From the IMG/VR virus record IMGVR_UViG_3300042317_001568, positions 124,001-188,000 of that record: 64,000 nucleotides of DNA; one strand, given 5' to 3'. Each line of letters opens with the position of its first letter. Positions within the stretch are counted from its first letter, which is position 1. Shown one piece after another: positions 1 through 9,049 of the stretch. Position numbers and translations under genes: made by a program. The notes beneath the pieces are model-generated. The model was not told the DNA's origin and did not search any database. It saw nothing but the letters and a program-made list of their open reading frames with translations.

Positions 1-290
1 ACCTGATTTTTCGGCATAAGGCAACGAAAAAGTGGGCTGAACGGGTAATGATTAGTTAAACCATACGGTTTGCCGTTAAGGTTTAGAACTAATGGGAGTA
101 TCGGTTCCAACGACGGAAACGCGCGATTCTTTGCCAGAGCCTGTAGAACAGCAGATCGCTCCAGCACTGATTTGCGGTCAGTGAGGTCGATTGACAGCAA
201 GTCTTGTAGCAGCGTCTGAACTCCAGCGTTTGGAATTTCAGCGGCTGCGTATTCCTGCGGGGATTGATCCCGCTTAATTTCTGGTGACAT

Positions 291-482
291 ATGCGCAATA
301 ATACTCGAAAAAGTTCGCCACGTCGCCGTTATCCAGCCAGCAGTCCCAAACCAGAACTGCAATGGCTTGAAGACGGAGTCCACACGTTCATGAAAACTGT
401 CGCCAACTGCTTGTACAACACAGGCATGGCGGCAGCGGACGCAGTGGATCGCTTTTCAAAGCAACGCCCGACGCGGCGATAG
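291..482 (+). CDS. hypothetical protein
   Basis: 63-aa ATG ORF on the coding strand at the head of the gene run; no motif recognised. Confidence 0.4.
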   Translation: MRNNTRKSSPRRRYPASSPKPELQWLEDGVHTFMKTVANCLYNTGMAAADAVDRFSKQRPTRR

Positions 483-538
483 GTATTATTCTTGCAAACA
501 AGTATACTGAGCAGTAGCTTGTTTACAAGGAGCGAGAT

Positions 539-772
539 ATGCCACAAATCGGCAAAAGCGGAAAATTGTATCAAGAGCGCCGCCAACCGCAGTTTCAATC
601 TACGCTGCGCGGTCCCGGCCCGCAAATTTACTTGGCAGACAACGCCGTGCACGATTTGCCGCTTGAGCCGCCGTATCCCTTTCCACAATACCAACGCCAG
701 CAAAACGGCGACCCAGTGCCTGACGCTGGTCGTACGCAAGCGTGGCCGCACGGAGATCAATACGCCCCCTGA
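539..772 (+). CDS. hypothetical Gln/Pro-rich protein
   Basis: AAGGAG SD upstream; its stop overlaps the next ATG (TGATG). Confidence 0.5.
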   Translation: MPQIGKSGKLYQERRQPQFQSTLRGPGPQIYLADNAVHDLPLEPPYPFPQYQRQQNGDPVPDAGRTQAWPHGDQYAP

Positions 773-942
773 TGGACAACGACGTCAACAAAACGTTCAC
801 CTTACTTGCCGGAGGTTTAATTGCGGCAAATTTGCTCTTGCCGGCTAGCGCCGGATTTGGCATCATAACCACAGGCTTTGCGCTTTATTTCATGCTGCGC
901 GCAACAAATGCAATTAGGCGCAGCGAACTGCGACGAGAATAA
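772..942 (+). CDS. small membrane protein
   Basis: ATG coupled to the upstream stop; two hydrophobic stretches (TFTLLAGGLIAANLLL; FGIITTGFALYFML). Confidence 0.55.
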   Translation: MDNDVNKTFTLLAGGLIAANLLLPASAGFGIITTGFALYFMLRATNAIRRSELRRE

Positions 943-944
943 GC

Positions 945-1292
945 ATGTGGTCTTGGCTCGACTTTCTCGCGGTAATCTTTGCCGCCGGCGCCATCATTGA
1001 AGTGTGGCACAAGGGCACCATCTTTGCCACTGCGCGTGCCTACGTGCAGGCTTGGCAAGATAGCGTCGACTCCGAAAGCTTTCGGGGAAGACTTTTCGAA
1101 CTACTGACGTGCCCGTTCTGCCAGAGCTATCACGTACCGTTTTACCTGTTTTTGCTGCTCTGGCTGAGCACAGGAGTCGGGTCGCTTGCGGAGAACTTGA
1201 TGCGAGCTATAGTGTACGGACTAGCGGCTACCAGAATTGGTAACGTGTTGAATAGCGTACTTCCACCCACAGCAAAGTATAAGGACATATGA
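945..1292 (+). CDS. DUF1360-like membrane protein
   Basis: ELLTCPFCQSYH (L-x-CPxC-x-S) motif between transmembrane segments. Confidence 0.6.
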   Translation: MWSWLDFLAVIFAAGAIIEVWHKGTIFATARAYVQAWQDSVDSESFRGRLFELLTCPFCQSYHVPFYLFLLLWLSTGVGSLAENLMRAIVYGLAATRIGNVLNSVLPPTAKYKDI

Positions 1293-1678
1293 CCACAGAA
1301 CCAGAAGAAAATCAGGCCGTTGCTGAACCAACACGCCTGCCATACGACGCAGAATTTGTTAAACACACTGAAGAGTTTATCGCAAAATCTATGCAGTCTA
1401 TTCCAGAGCTGCAAGGCGTTGCGATCGTTCCGCTATGGGCGCGACAGCCAGAAAATTTCCCGCCCGGATTTCTCAAGCTTCGGTCGCAGAACAGCCTGTA
1501 TGTCCAAGAACTATTAAAACTGATTAGTTTGTTCACCGCCTTCAGTGTCGAGGCGCACAAAGATTTTATGGGTCAAGTGCAGATACTTGACAACTATGTC
1601 CGAGAACGGCAGAACAAACTGAACGAAATACAGGGCGCCATCAATGCTGCAGGAAACACCGCCAGTTCACCGGAATAA
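1289..1678 (+). CDS. hypothetical protein with C-terminal coiled coil
   Basis: ATGA overlap with the upstream gene; 129 aa. Confidence 0.6.
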   Translation: MTTEPEENQAVAEPTRLPYDAEFVKHTEEFIAKSMQSIPELQGVAIVPLWARQPENFPPGFLKLRSQNSLYVQELLKLISLFTAFSVEAHKDFMGQVQILDNYVRERQNKLNEIQGAINAAGNTASSPE

Positions 1679-1964
1679 TTTTGTAGACGTCAAGCTCGAT
1701 TCAGGAGCTGACGCAAATGACGTACTTGTAAAAATACTAGAAGCGCAGTACGCCGAAAAAGAGCCTAACGACTTGCGTACGGCGCTCGAACGTTTCGGTA
1801 AGACGTGGGACAACGCCGAATTACTCGCCGATTTTGAGGTAGAGTTTTTTGACCCGCCGTACGTACGAGTAATTCAAACCAACACTGGTGTACGCGGCAC
1901 AGTGCTGTTCGTCAGTAATCCGCGCGTATATTTCTATTTTTGCGCAAATACTTCGGCGGCGTAA
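1644..1964 (+). CDS. conserved hypothetical protein (WDxxEL-DFEV-F-P...PRxYFxF family); start uncertain
   Basis: motif resembles small proteins recalled from Planctomycete mobile regions. Confidence 0.55.
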   Translation: MLQETPPVHRNNFVDVKLDSGADANDVLVKILEAQYAEKEPNDLRTALERFGKTWDNAELLADFEVEFFDPPYVRVIQTNTGVRGTVLFVSNPRVYFYFCANTSAA

Positions 1965-1966
1965 GC

Positions 1967-2428
1967 ATGGACAACAAAAAACACTACGACACTGGCGCCG
2001 TACGAAGCAGTGACTGCGAAGATACGCGATACGATTTGATATCGCCAATCGGTCTTGAGGCGTTGGCCCGAACATACGCGGAAGGCGCAAAAAAGTTCGG
2101 GCCATTCAATTGGGAAAACGGCATGCCGGTAACAGACCTACTCAATCACGCGATCGCGCACATCTACAAATTTCTCGGCGGCAACCGCGACGAGAATCAT
2201 CTGGGGCACGCCGCGTGGAATCTGTTAGGCGCTGTACACTCGCTTGAAAAATGGCCTGAGTTGAACGACCAGTGGCTGCGAGACGCAAACGGCAACATAC
2301 CGCCCGCAGCGCGTGAAAAGGCTGCAGAACAGCCGCCAGCCACGCCAGACGCATCAACTGCGGCATTGGCTGCGTTACGGCATTCAATTCTTGCCGTTGC
2401 GCCGGATTTGAACGTAAAAGAATTCTAA
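1967..2428 (+). CDS. dATP/dGTP diphosphohydrolase domain protein (DUF5664)
   Basis: TGAVR...RYDLI...EGAKKFG..NWENG...HAIAH...ENHLGHAAWN motifs. Confidence 0.85.
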   Translation: MDNKKHYDTGAVRSSDCEDTRYDLISPIGLEALARTYAEGAKKFGPFNWENGMPVTDLLNHAIAHIYKFLGGNRDENHLGHAAWNLLGAVHSLEKWPELNDQWLRDANGNIPPAAREKAAEQPPATPDASTAALAALRHSILAVAPDLNVKEF

Positions 2429-2470
2429 CCCGGGTATTGCCTTTAGCAAAATACCGGTTATTGTTGGATA

Positions 2471-2495
2471 GCCGCTACGGCGGCGTTTTCCTTTT
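2471..2495 (+). terminator. probable intrinsic terminator
   Basis: GCCGC-TACG-GCGGC stem-loop followed by GTTTTCCTTTT; a second hairpin lies at 2426-2460. Confidence 0.55.
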
Positions 2496-2513
2496 GTGTC
2501 GTTGGGAGGACAC

Positions 2514-3386
2514 ATGGCTATGAAAGACGGCGCGGGAACACCGTTGAATCCCGCAAACCTGTGGGGCAAACCAGACCCGCGGGCTAGCATCATCAAGGAG
2601 GAGAAAGTGTCACGGAAGACTGAAGACGAAGAGCATCTTGAAGAAGATGTTGATCTTGATGCGGAACTCGATACCGCAGAAGAAGAGTTTGCAGACGAAG
2701 ACGGCGATGGCGATTTTGCGCCAGAAGCCGGCGACGAAACTAGCGAACAAGACGAAAACGTTGAGGAAGAGATCGCTGCTGAAGCCGAAGACGCAGACGC
2801 AGAACTCGAACCCGGCGATGACGATGACGATGCGGCGGAGTCTGTGGATGACGACGCCGAAGATGATGAAAACCTCGCGGCCGACGACGAAGTTACCGAC
2901 TCGGTCGCTACAAATAGGAAACGTGACATGGCTGAAAAGAAGACCTCCCTGTCCGATCATGTTCGGGCAGAGATTCGTCGTCGGAAAGATTCCGGCGCGT
3001 CCTTACGCGGTAAGGATATCGTCGAGGCGCTGGCTCGCCGCAACGTCAAGGTAAGCGCGGCGCAGGTAAGTCAGCTCATGAAGAAAGAGGGCGTTCCGCC
3101 GGGCAAGCCCGGCCGGCGTGCGAAGGAGACGGCTGAACAGGAAACCCCGACCCGGTCGGCGTTCCAGCGAAAGCAGGCTGCTGCTCCTGTCAAAGCCCCC
3201 GCGAAGGCTCAGCCGACTCGGGCGGCGGGGCAGGCGCGGCAGGCTGACTCCTCGCGTGGTTTCCGCGTCCCGATGGCGCAGCTAGAAGCTGCCGAGGCTT
3301 TCGTAGAAGCTTGCGGCGGCACGTTTGAAGCGGCCGAGCGCATCCTGACGGCCGCAGCTCAGCTGTCGAAATCGTTTAACGGCTGA
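2514..3386 (+). CDS. protein with long Asp/Glu-rich N-terminal tract and basic, probably DNA-binding C-terminal domain
   Basis: GGAGGA SD; ~100-aa acidic tract, then KKTSLSDHVR..KDIVEAL..VKVSAAQVSQL...LEAAEAFVEACGG. Confidence 0.7.
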   Translation: MAMKDGAGTPLNPANLWGKPDPRASIIKEEKVSRKTEDEEHLEEDVDLDAELDTAEEEFADEDGDGDFAPEAGDETSEQDENVEEEIAAEAEDADAELEPGDDDDDAAESVDDDAEDDENLAADDEVTDSVATNRKRDMAEKKTSLSDHVRAEIRRRKDSGASLRGKDIVEALARRNVKVSAAQVSQLMKKEGVPPGKPGRRAKETAEQETPTRSAFQRKQAAAPVKAPAKAQPTRAAGQARQADSSRGFRVPMAQLEAAEAFVEACGGTFEAAERILTAAAQLSKSFNG

Positions 3387-3392
3387 TCGCTA

Positions 3393-3471
3393 ATCTACCC
3401 GCTTAGCCGCCCTTGACATGCGCCGGACCGATAAACCGGAAAGCAGACTCAAGGGCGGCGGCGGGCTAGAT
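3393..3471. other. long intergenic imperfect hairpin
   Basis: ATCTA-CCCGC..GCCGCCCTTGA pairs with TCAAGGGCGGC.GCGGG.TAGAT; inner CCGG/CCGG stem. Confidence 0.6.
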
Positions 3472-3568
3472 ATCTTTGCGTGTGCACTCGGCACGCGCCT
3501 CCCGGAACCGCATCATGGGCAGCACCCTGCAAGCGTGTCCGACGGAAATTACACGCGGCGGCCCCGCC

Positions 3569-3805
3569 ATGTTTCCTGCCGGCACAATAAAACGAATTCA
3601 CGTAAATCAGCACATCGTCCGGAACAACAAATCAACCGGCGCAGCAGAAAACGTTATCACGATTCAGTGGCGCGGAAAATCCTACCGCGTCAAAAACGCA
3701 CAAATCAAAGGCTCGTCAAAGGCTGTCTACAGCCCGGATAAACCGCTAAGTTGCGGCGCGCACGTATGGGTAGAAACCACCGCAGAAATCCTTCCTACTT
3801 ACTGA
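3569..3805 (+). CDS. conserved phage protein (IHVNQH...YSPDKPLSCGAxVWxET family)
   Basis: characteristic motif of a widespread small phage protein. Confidence 0.75.
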   Translation: MFPAGTIKRIHVNQHIVRNNKSTGAAENVITIQWRGKSYRVKNAQIKGSSKAVYSPDKPLSCGAHVWVETTAEILPTY

Positions 3806-3812
3806 GGACTCC

Positions 3813-4175
3813 ATGTCTCACATTGTTCAGATCAAAACCGAAGTTCGCGACGTCGAGGCGCTTATGGGCGCCTGCCGTCGACTCAAGCTGGCAGACCCAG
3901 TGAACGCCAATCATCACGTATTCGCCGTCCATCGGCAGGGCTGGGGCGTTAAGCTCCCCGGCTGGAATTACCCCGTCGTGTGCAACACGGATACGGGCGC
4001 GGTCGACTATGACAACTACAACGGCAGCTGGGGCAAGCAGGCCGAGCTCGACAAGTTCTTGCAGGCATATGCGGTTGAAAAGGCTGTGCTGGAAGCGCAG
4101 CGCAACGGGTACTCGATGTACGAAACCGAACTGCCCGATGGCTCGATTGAACTCAACATCACGATGGAGGCTTGA
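3813..4175 (+). CDS. DUF1257 family protein
   Basis: MSHIVQIKTEVRD...LPGWNYPVV...YDNYNGSWG...FLQAYAVEKA..EA...G....E..LPDGSI. Confidence 0.85.
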   Translation: MSHIVQIKTEVRDVEALMGACRRLKLADPVNANHHVFAVHRQGWGVKLPGWNYPVVCNTDTGAVDYDNYNGSWGKQAELDKFLQAYAVEKAVLEAQRNGYSMYETELPDGSIELNITMEA

Positions 4176-4178
4176 TTC

Positions 4179-4370
4179 ATGACTAAGATTCTCAAGGTGA
4201 CGGTCAGCCCGAAGGGCGAAACCAAGTTGGAAACGATCGGCTTCAGCGGCGGCTCATGTCAGGAAGCGTCGCGCAATTTTGAGCGAGCGCTGGGCGTCGC
4301 GACCGACGAGCAGTTCACGGGCGAGTACTACACCGCCGCGAACGAGCAGCAGGTCGAAGCGCAGAACTAA
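4179..4370 (+). CDS. DUF2997 family protein
   Basis: VSPKGETKLETIGFSGGSCQEAS..FERALG....TGEYY; directly after DUF1257. Confidence 0.85.
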   Translation: MTKILKVTVSPKGETKLETIGFSGGSCQEASRNFERALGVATDEQFTGEYYTAANEQQVEAQN

Positions 4371-4765
4371 TGCTTGAAAAAGCAGATTACGCGCCATTTA
4401 CCGGCACATACCAGCCGTTTATCTCAACGCAGCGATTTGACATATTTCATCATCGCGTTGTGCGCAACCCCAAATTAGGGCACCCCAAAGAAATGTTTAC
4501 GGCGTGGTTCCGGAACGAAGATGTTCCACGGCCCGTATGCGAAGTCATTCTGTTTCCAAACCCATATGGCATTTATGTCGAATGGGTGCACGTCTGCGAA
4601 GAATATCGCCGGCAAGGTATCGCCACAGAGATCGTGGCGGCGTTAGAAGAAAAGTTTGGGCCGCTTGATATGGGCGGCGCAACTGACGCAGGCGAGGCTT
4701 TTGTGGATGCGTACCGCGAAGCCTATCCGGAAAAAAAGAAACCGCGCAAGAAAAGCCGTAAATAA
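4370..4765 (+). CDS. GNAT-family acetyltransferase
   Basis: acetyl-CoA motif A VHVCEEYRRQGIAT, then TDAGEAF. Confidence 0.75.
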   Translation: MLEKADYAPFTGTYQPFISTQRFDIFHHRVVRNPKLGHPKEMFTAWFRNEDVPRPVCEVILFPNPYGIYVEWVHVCEEYRRQGIATEIVAALEEKFGPLDMGGATDAGEAFVDAYREAYPEKKKPRKKSRK

Positions 4766-4820
4766 ACATATGCGGTGCTGTGCAGCACACGCTTAAAACC
4801 AACCACCCTAGAACCATACA

Positions 4821-6311
4821 ATGAAACTCGCTCAAGAAATCAAAGAACTCGTCTGCGCCGGCTTTTCCGGCATTTGGGTCGAATCGTCCGAGTGCGACGA
4901 TGCCGTAAAGCTTATTCGCGAAATGGCCGCGGAAAAGAAATGGGATTGCGACGTCTGGGACATTGATCGGCAGCTGTACTCAGGTAGGTTCCAGACACGC
5001 GGTCCGGTCGAGGCCATCAAGCTCCCGCTCGACGCGCCGAAGACTGCCGATACGCAGATTCTTATTCTGAAGAACTTCCACCGGTTTCTGCCAAACCCCG
5101 AGGTTACGCAGACGCTGGCAAATCGTGTGCTGGTGGGCAAGGGCGAAAGTCGGCATGTGATCATCGTAGCGCCGACGCTGGCACTGCAGCCGGAGCTCGA
5201 AAAGCTGTTCACTGTTGTGCATCACGATCTGCCGGACACCGAGCAACTCAAGCAGGTGTGCGACAAAATCTTTGGCGACAACTCGTCGTTCGCCAAGCCG
5301 ACGCCAGAAGAGGTCGATGGCGTGGTTGACGCAGCGCGTGGTCTTACAAGCCTTGAGGCCGAGAACGCCTACGCGCTTTCTTTGGTGCGTTGCAACAAGC
5401 TGCAGCCGGACACGATCTGGAATATCAAAGCGCAGACGCTTGAGAAGTCTGGCACGTTGTCGCTGTATCGCGGCACTGCTGACTTCAGCCACCTTGGTGG
5501 TCTGGAGAGCTTGAAGCAGTTCTGTCTGCGCGCTATGCGCAAGCAGGGCTCCGATGACGCCGATTGCCGGCCCAAGGGCGTCCTGCTTCTTTCTCCTCCC
5601 GGCTGCGGCAAGTCTCAGTTCGCGAAGGCGCTAGGCAATGAAGTTGGGCGGCCGACCGTTATCCTCGATTTCGGCAGCCTGATGGGTAAGTTTGTCGGTG
5701 AGTCCGAGGCCAATATGCGGCGCGCACTGCGGCAAGTAGACGCCATGGCGCCGTGCGTCCTGTTCGTCGACGAGATCGAGAAGGCTCTTGCCGGTGTGCA
5801 AAACTCCGGCCAGACTGACTCCGGCGTAAGCTCGCGGCTGTTCGGTACGCTGCTGACGTGGCTTAATGACCACACCAGTGACGTGTTCTTTATCGGTACG
5901 TGTAATGACGCCAGTCAGCTGCCGGCACCGTTTACCCGTGCCGAGCGTTTCGACGGCATCTTTCTGGTCGACCTGCCCGGCGAAGACCAGCGCCAGCAGA
6001 TTTGGGATATTTATCTGGATCAGTTCAAGCTCGACAAGGGTCAGGAGCGTCCGGACGACACCAACTGGACCGGTGCCGAGATCAAGTCGTGCTGCCGCTT
6101 GGCGGCCCTGCTTGACGTGCCGCTGATCGAGGCGGCGCAGAACGTAGTCCCGGTTGCCGTAACGTCCGCTGAGCAGATCGAAAGTCTGCGTAACTGGGCC
6201 GAGGGGCGTTGTCTGTCCGCCGATGTAGGCGGCATCTACAGCCGTGTGGGAGTCCGCAAGGCCCCAAACGTCAAAGCCCGGCGGATCATGAATAAGCCGT
6301 CGGTGAATTGA
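4821..6311 (+). CDS. Ycf46-like AAA+ ATPase (degenerate N-terminal AAA plus active C-terminal AAA)
   Basis: Walker A SPPGCGKS, KFVGESE pore loop, Walker B LFVDEIEK, RAERFD arginine finger. Confidence 0.9.
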   Translation: MKLAQEIKELVCAGFSGIWVESSECDDAVKLIREMAAEKKWDCDVWDIDRQLYSGRFQTRGPVEAIKLPLDAPKTADTQILILKNFHRFLPNPEVTQTLANRVLVGKGESRHVIIVAPTLALQPELEKLFTVVHHDLPDTEQLKQVCDKIFGDNSSFAKPTPEEVDGVVDAARGLTSLEAENAYALSLVRCNKLQPDTIWNIKAQTLEKSGTLSLYRGTADFSHLGGLESLKQFCLRAMRKQGSDDADCRPKGVLLLSPPGCGKSQFAKALGNEVGRPTVILDFGSLMGKFVGESEANMRRALRQVDAMAPCVLFVDEIEKALAGVQNSGQTDSGVSSRLFGTLLTWLNDHTSDVFFIGTCNDASQLPAPFTRAERFDGIFLVDLPGEDQRQQIWDIYLDQFKLDKGQERPDDTNWTGAEIKSCCRLAALLDVPLIEAAQNVVPVAVTSAEQIESLRNWAEGRCLSADVGGIYSRVGVRKAPNVKARRIMNKPSVN

Positions 6312-6318
6312 TCTTTGT

Positions 6319-6338
6319 GCGTGACTGCGCAGTCACGC
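6319..6338. promoter_or_regulatory. perfect 20-bp palindrome (operator or hairpin)
   Basis: GCGTGACTGC|GCAGTCACGC, intergenic after the AAA gene. Confidence 0.45.
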
Positions 6339-6363
6339 CATCGTTACTTGCAGGAGGCACACT

Positions 6364-6591
6364 ATGCCAATTAACAATGTCAATGGGCGGGAGAATTTAC
6401 GCAAAAGCACGCTGGCGCACTGGGATCACGTCCGAGAGCAATTAGCTGACGTGACCAATAATGAAAAAAAAGCGGCTTTGTTGGAAATTATAGCGTTACG
6501 CGCTATCGCCGTTGAGTACGAAAACCGCGCGAACCAAGCAGACCGCGGCGTTTCGTCAGCCAAGCGACGAAACAAATCTTTTGTCCGTTAA
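6364..6591 (+). CDS. hypothetical protein
   Basis: AGGAGG SD; 75 aa. Confidence 0.55.
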   Translation: MPINNVNGRENLRKSTLAHWDHVREQLADVTNNEKKAALLEIIALRAIAVEYENRANQADRGVSSAKRRNKSFVR

Positions 6592-6609
6592 AGTTACAAA
6601 GGGAACACA

Positions 6610-7554
6610 GTGTCAACAGAAACAGAGAATTTAGCAGGCGCCAGCGTCGCCGAAGCGGCTCGCGAGCTGCAGCAGAGTATGGGCGCCGTCCGCGTCATGT
6701 TTTCGTGGCTCGGTACTCAACGGAAACTTTCGGACGCGCAGACAAAACAGGCTGCGGACACTTTTTCCGCAGACGACGGGCTGGTGACAGCATCGAAGCG
6801 ACTTATCGATACCAAGCATCCGTCATATAAGGCCGTGACAGCCATCAAGAGTCAGATATCAGCCTACTGGCGCGGCATCACGCTGCCGTATCCACAAGAA
6901 AGCATCAGGCTTATTCGGCAAAGCGACGTCGCAGGATTTGAAACAAAGATGCAGGAGTTTCGCACGATGCTGCACGCCGCGGCGTCTAATCTGCAGCTGG
7001 AGTACGAAACCATCAAAGCTGGCGCGCGTGAAAAGCTGGGTACGCTTTACAACGAGGCTGATTATCCTACCAGCCTTGAAAACGTATTTGACATCAAATG
7101 GGATTTTCCGTCGGTTGAGCCGCCGAACTATCTCATGAATTACAACCCAGAACTGTATGAGCAGGAAAGAAACAAAATCCAGCAGCGGTTTGAGGATGCC
7201 GTCGCGCTAGCAGAAAACGCTTTTGCGGAACAGCTGAAAGGACTTGTAGACCATCTTATTGAGCGCCTTACCGACAATCCGGATGGTACACGAAAAACCT
7301 TTCGATCGTCGGCAATCGCAAACTTCAAAGAATTTGCCGATAATTTTCGTCGTATGAATGTGCGTTCAAACGCGCAGTTAGAACAACTTGTTACGCAAGC
7401 TGAAAGCCTTGTCGGCGGTGTGGACGTCGATGACTTGAAGAAAAAGAAAGATTTGCGACAGGAACTCACGTCGCAGATGTCGACTATCCAAACAGCGCTA
7501 GACAGTCTTGTAACCAACGCCCCGAGTCGCCGCATTGTGCCAATGAACGATTAA
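6610..7554 (+). CDS. DUF3150-like helical protein
   Basis: SWLGTQRKL...ASKRLIDTKHP...TLPYP..IRLI...LYNEADYP...FPSVEPP; usual neighbour of the DUF1257/AAA cluster. Confidence 0.7.
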   Translation: MSTETENLAGASVAEAARELQQSMGAVRVMFSWLGTQRKLSDAQTKQAADTFSADDGLVTASKRLIDTKHPSYKAVTAIKSQISAYWRGITLPYPQESIRLIRQSDVAGFETKMQEFRTMLHAAASNLQLEYETIKAGAREKLGTLYNEADYPTSLENVFDIKWDFPSVEPPNYLMNYNPELYEQERNKIQQRFEDAVALAENAFAEQLKGLVDHLIERLTDNPDGTRKTFRSSAIANFKEFADNFRRMNVRSNAQLEQLVTQAESLVGGVDVDDLKKKKDLRQELTSQMSTIQTALDSLVTNAPSRRIVPMND

Positions 7555-8765
7555 TGAGTGAACCAACTAACATCACGACACCCTCACTAACAACCCCCGA
7601 GCCCACCCCCATTTATCTTGACCGCGCCGAAAACGGCGCAGTAGCAACTGCGGCAATCGTGTCGGGCACGTGGGTTAATGCCGCAGCTATAGCGGCCGCC
7701 GGCGCCGCTGGCGACACGCTGTCACCGAGGCTGGCCAGTGAATTTGGGCCACCAAAGACTATCCCCGCGCCCGTTAAACCAAAAATAAAGCGGGCGCCAA
7801 AACACGATTTCAAAGACGGCCGCGGCCGCGTATTTGCGCATAGGCACGCCAATGGCGGCGGGTGGGTCGAAGATACGGCCCATGTGGGAGCTGACGTGTA
7901 TGTCGGTTCCGGCGCGCAAATTATGAACAACGCCTCCGTATTTGGTCGCGAAATTCGCATTGAGGCAAAGGCTAAGGTTTCAGGTAACGCGTCGATAATG
8001 CGAGAAACGCGTGTCGCCGGCGAATGCGTAGTAAGCGGAAAGGCTGTTGTTATTGCCAGCTCGCTGTACGGCGAATGTCGTGTTACCGGTAACGCTGAAG
8101 TCTCGTATTGCAATATGGAACACGCGGTCACGGTATGCGGCTCAGCGCACGTCCGCGGCTCACGTTGCCGAGGGCGCGTACTCATTGATGACAACGCCGT
8201 CGCCGTGGCTACGTTTATGCGAGGCTTTATCAAATTAAGCGGCAATTCTGTCGCTGTTAGGTCGACGTTAGAGGGCCTTGTAGAGATACGAGACTTCGGG
8301 CAGATTCTGCGATCTTGCGCAGCTAACTATCAGTATTTCACGAATTATCTTGAGTGGCGTAAATACAGCACCCGCATGGTTCGCCCGGAATTTTTTATCT
8401 GTATCGCCGGCTCGTCGACAATTCAAAACGACACAAATTTGTCGGGCGCTTTGTTCGTCGGCGGTAAATCACTGATCGACAATTGTCGCGTGCACATTGA
8501 CTATCGGATTGCGGGGTCAGACATCTATCCAGTCCGCAACCAAGACGGGACCTATGATCTTGGTCCGCCGCGTATTGAACGTAGAAACGTCGCTGACAAA
8601 AAATGGTCCAGTTCTGACATTCGTAGTATGGAGGAGCTTGACCGGCTAATAAACGACACTACGACAAATGCTACCGGACAAATGCGCGTAGTGCGCCGAG
8701 AAGAACTGCAATCACCGTACAGCCTCGAACGGATGCCAAACGGCCGGAGGATCGTTCCCGTATGA
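7554..8765 (+). CDS. left-handed beta-helix (hexapeptide repeat) protein
   Basis: AHRHANGGGWVEDTAHV followed by V-x-G-x-A-x-V/I repeats. Confidence 0.75.
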   Translation: MSEPTNITTPSLTTPEPTPIYLDRAENGAVATAAIVSGTWVNAAAIAAAGAAGDTLSPRLASEFGPPKTIPAPVKPKIKRAPKHDFKDGRGRVFAHRHANGGGWVEDTAHVGADVYVGSGAQIMNNASVFGREIRIEAKAKVSGNASIMRETRVAGECVVSGKAVVIASSLYGECRVTGNAEVSYCNMEHAVTVCGSAHVRGSRCRGRVLIDDNAVAVATFMRGFIKLSGNSVAVRSTLEGLVEIRDFGQILRSCAANYQYFTNYLEWRKYSTRMVRPEFFICIAGSSTIQNDTNLSGALFVGGKSLIDNCRVHIDYRIAGSDIYPVRNQDGTYDLGPPRIERRNVADKKWSSSDIRSMEELDRLINDTTTNATGQMRVVRREELQSPYSLERMPNGRRIVPV

Positions 8766-9049
8766 GCGCTAGTATGAAACTATTCGTTCGACCTGACGGC
8801 ACTATGCAGTGTCTATATGGTGAAATTGTAGACCTTGGGCAATTTGGCGCGCTGGATATTCGGCGCGCGAGCCATGTTGAGCCAGACCCAGAAAACCCGG
8901 GTACGTGGTTCGTAGATTTGGCGCCGGTTGGCGGGCCGCGGATTACCGGGTATGCTACGCGAGCTCAGGCGCTAAACGCCGAAGAGCTGTGGCTGCACGG
9001 GAAAATGCGCCACACACATGTCGAGGCCCGCCAATGCCCTGTCAGCTAA
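8762..9049 (+). CDS. conserved hypothetical protein of DUF1257/AAA clusters
   Basis: PDGT..CLYGE..DL...G.L.IRRASHVEPD....W..DL.PVGGP...R..AL.AE..WL. Confidence 0.7.
   Translation: MSASMKLFVRPDGTMQCLYGEIVDLGQFGALDIRRASHVEPDPENPGTWFVDLAPVGGPRITGYATRAQALNAEELWLHGKMRHTHVEARQCPVS

Noticed and set aside
1-290. GGCATAA-like motif near positions 13-20 and a similar one near 51107-51125 as a phage promoter
   Set aside because: Only two loose instances; cannot be distinguished from chance by eye.
1967-2428. 2-aminoadenine (Z-genome) or 7-deazaguanine pathway
   Set aside because: DUF5664 alone is insufficient; no PurZ or DpdA/FolE/QueC-like genes in the window.
2384-2929. Ser-rich 181-aa minus-strand ORF
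   Set aside because: Reverse complement of the GAA/GAC-rich acidic tract of the + gene.
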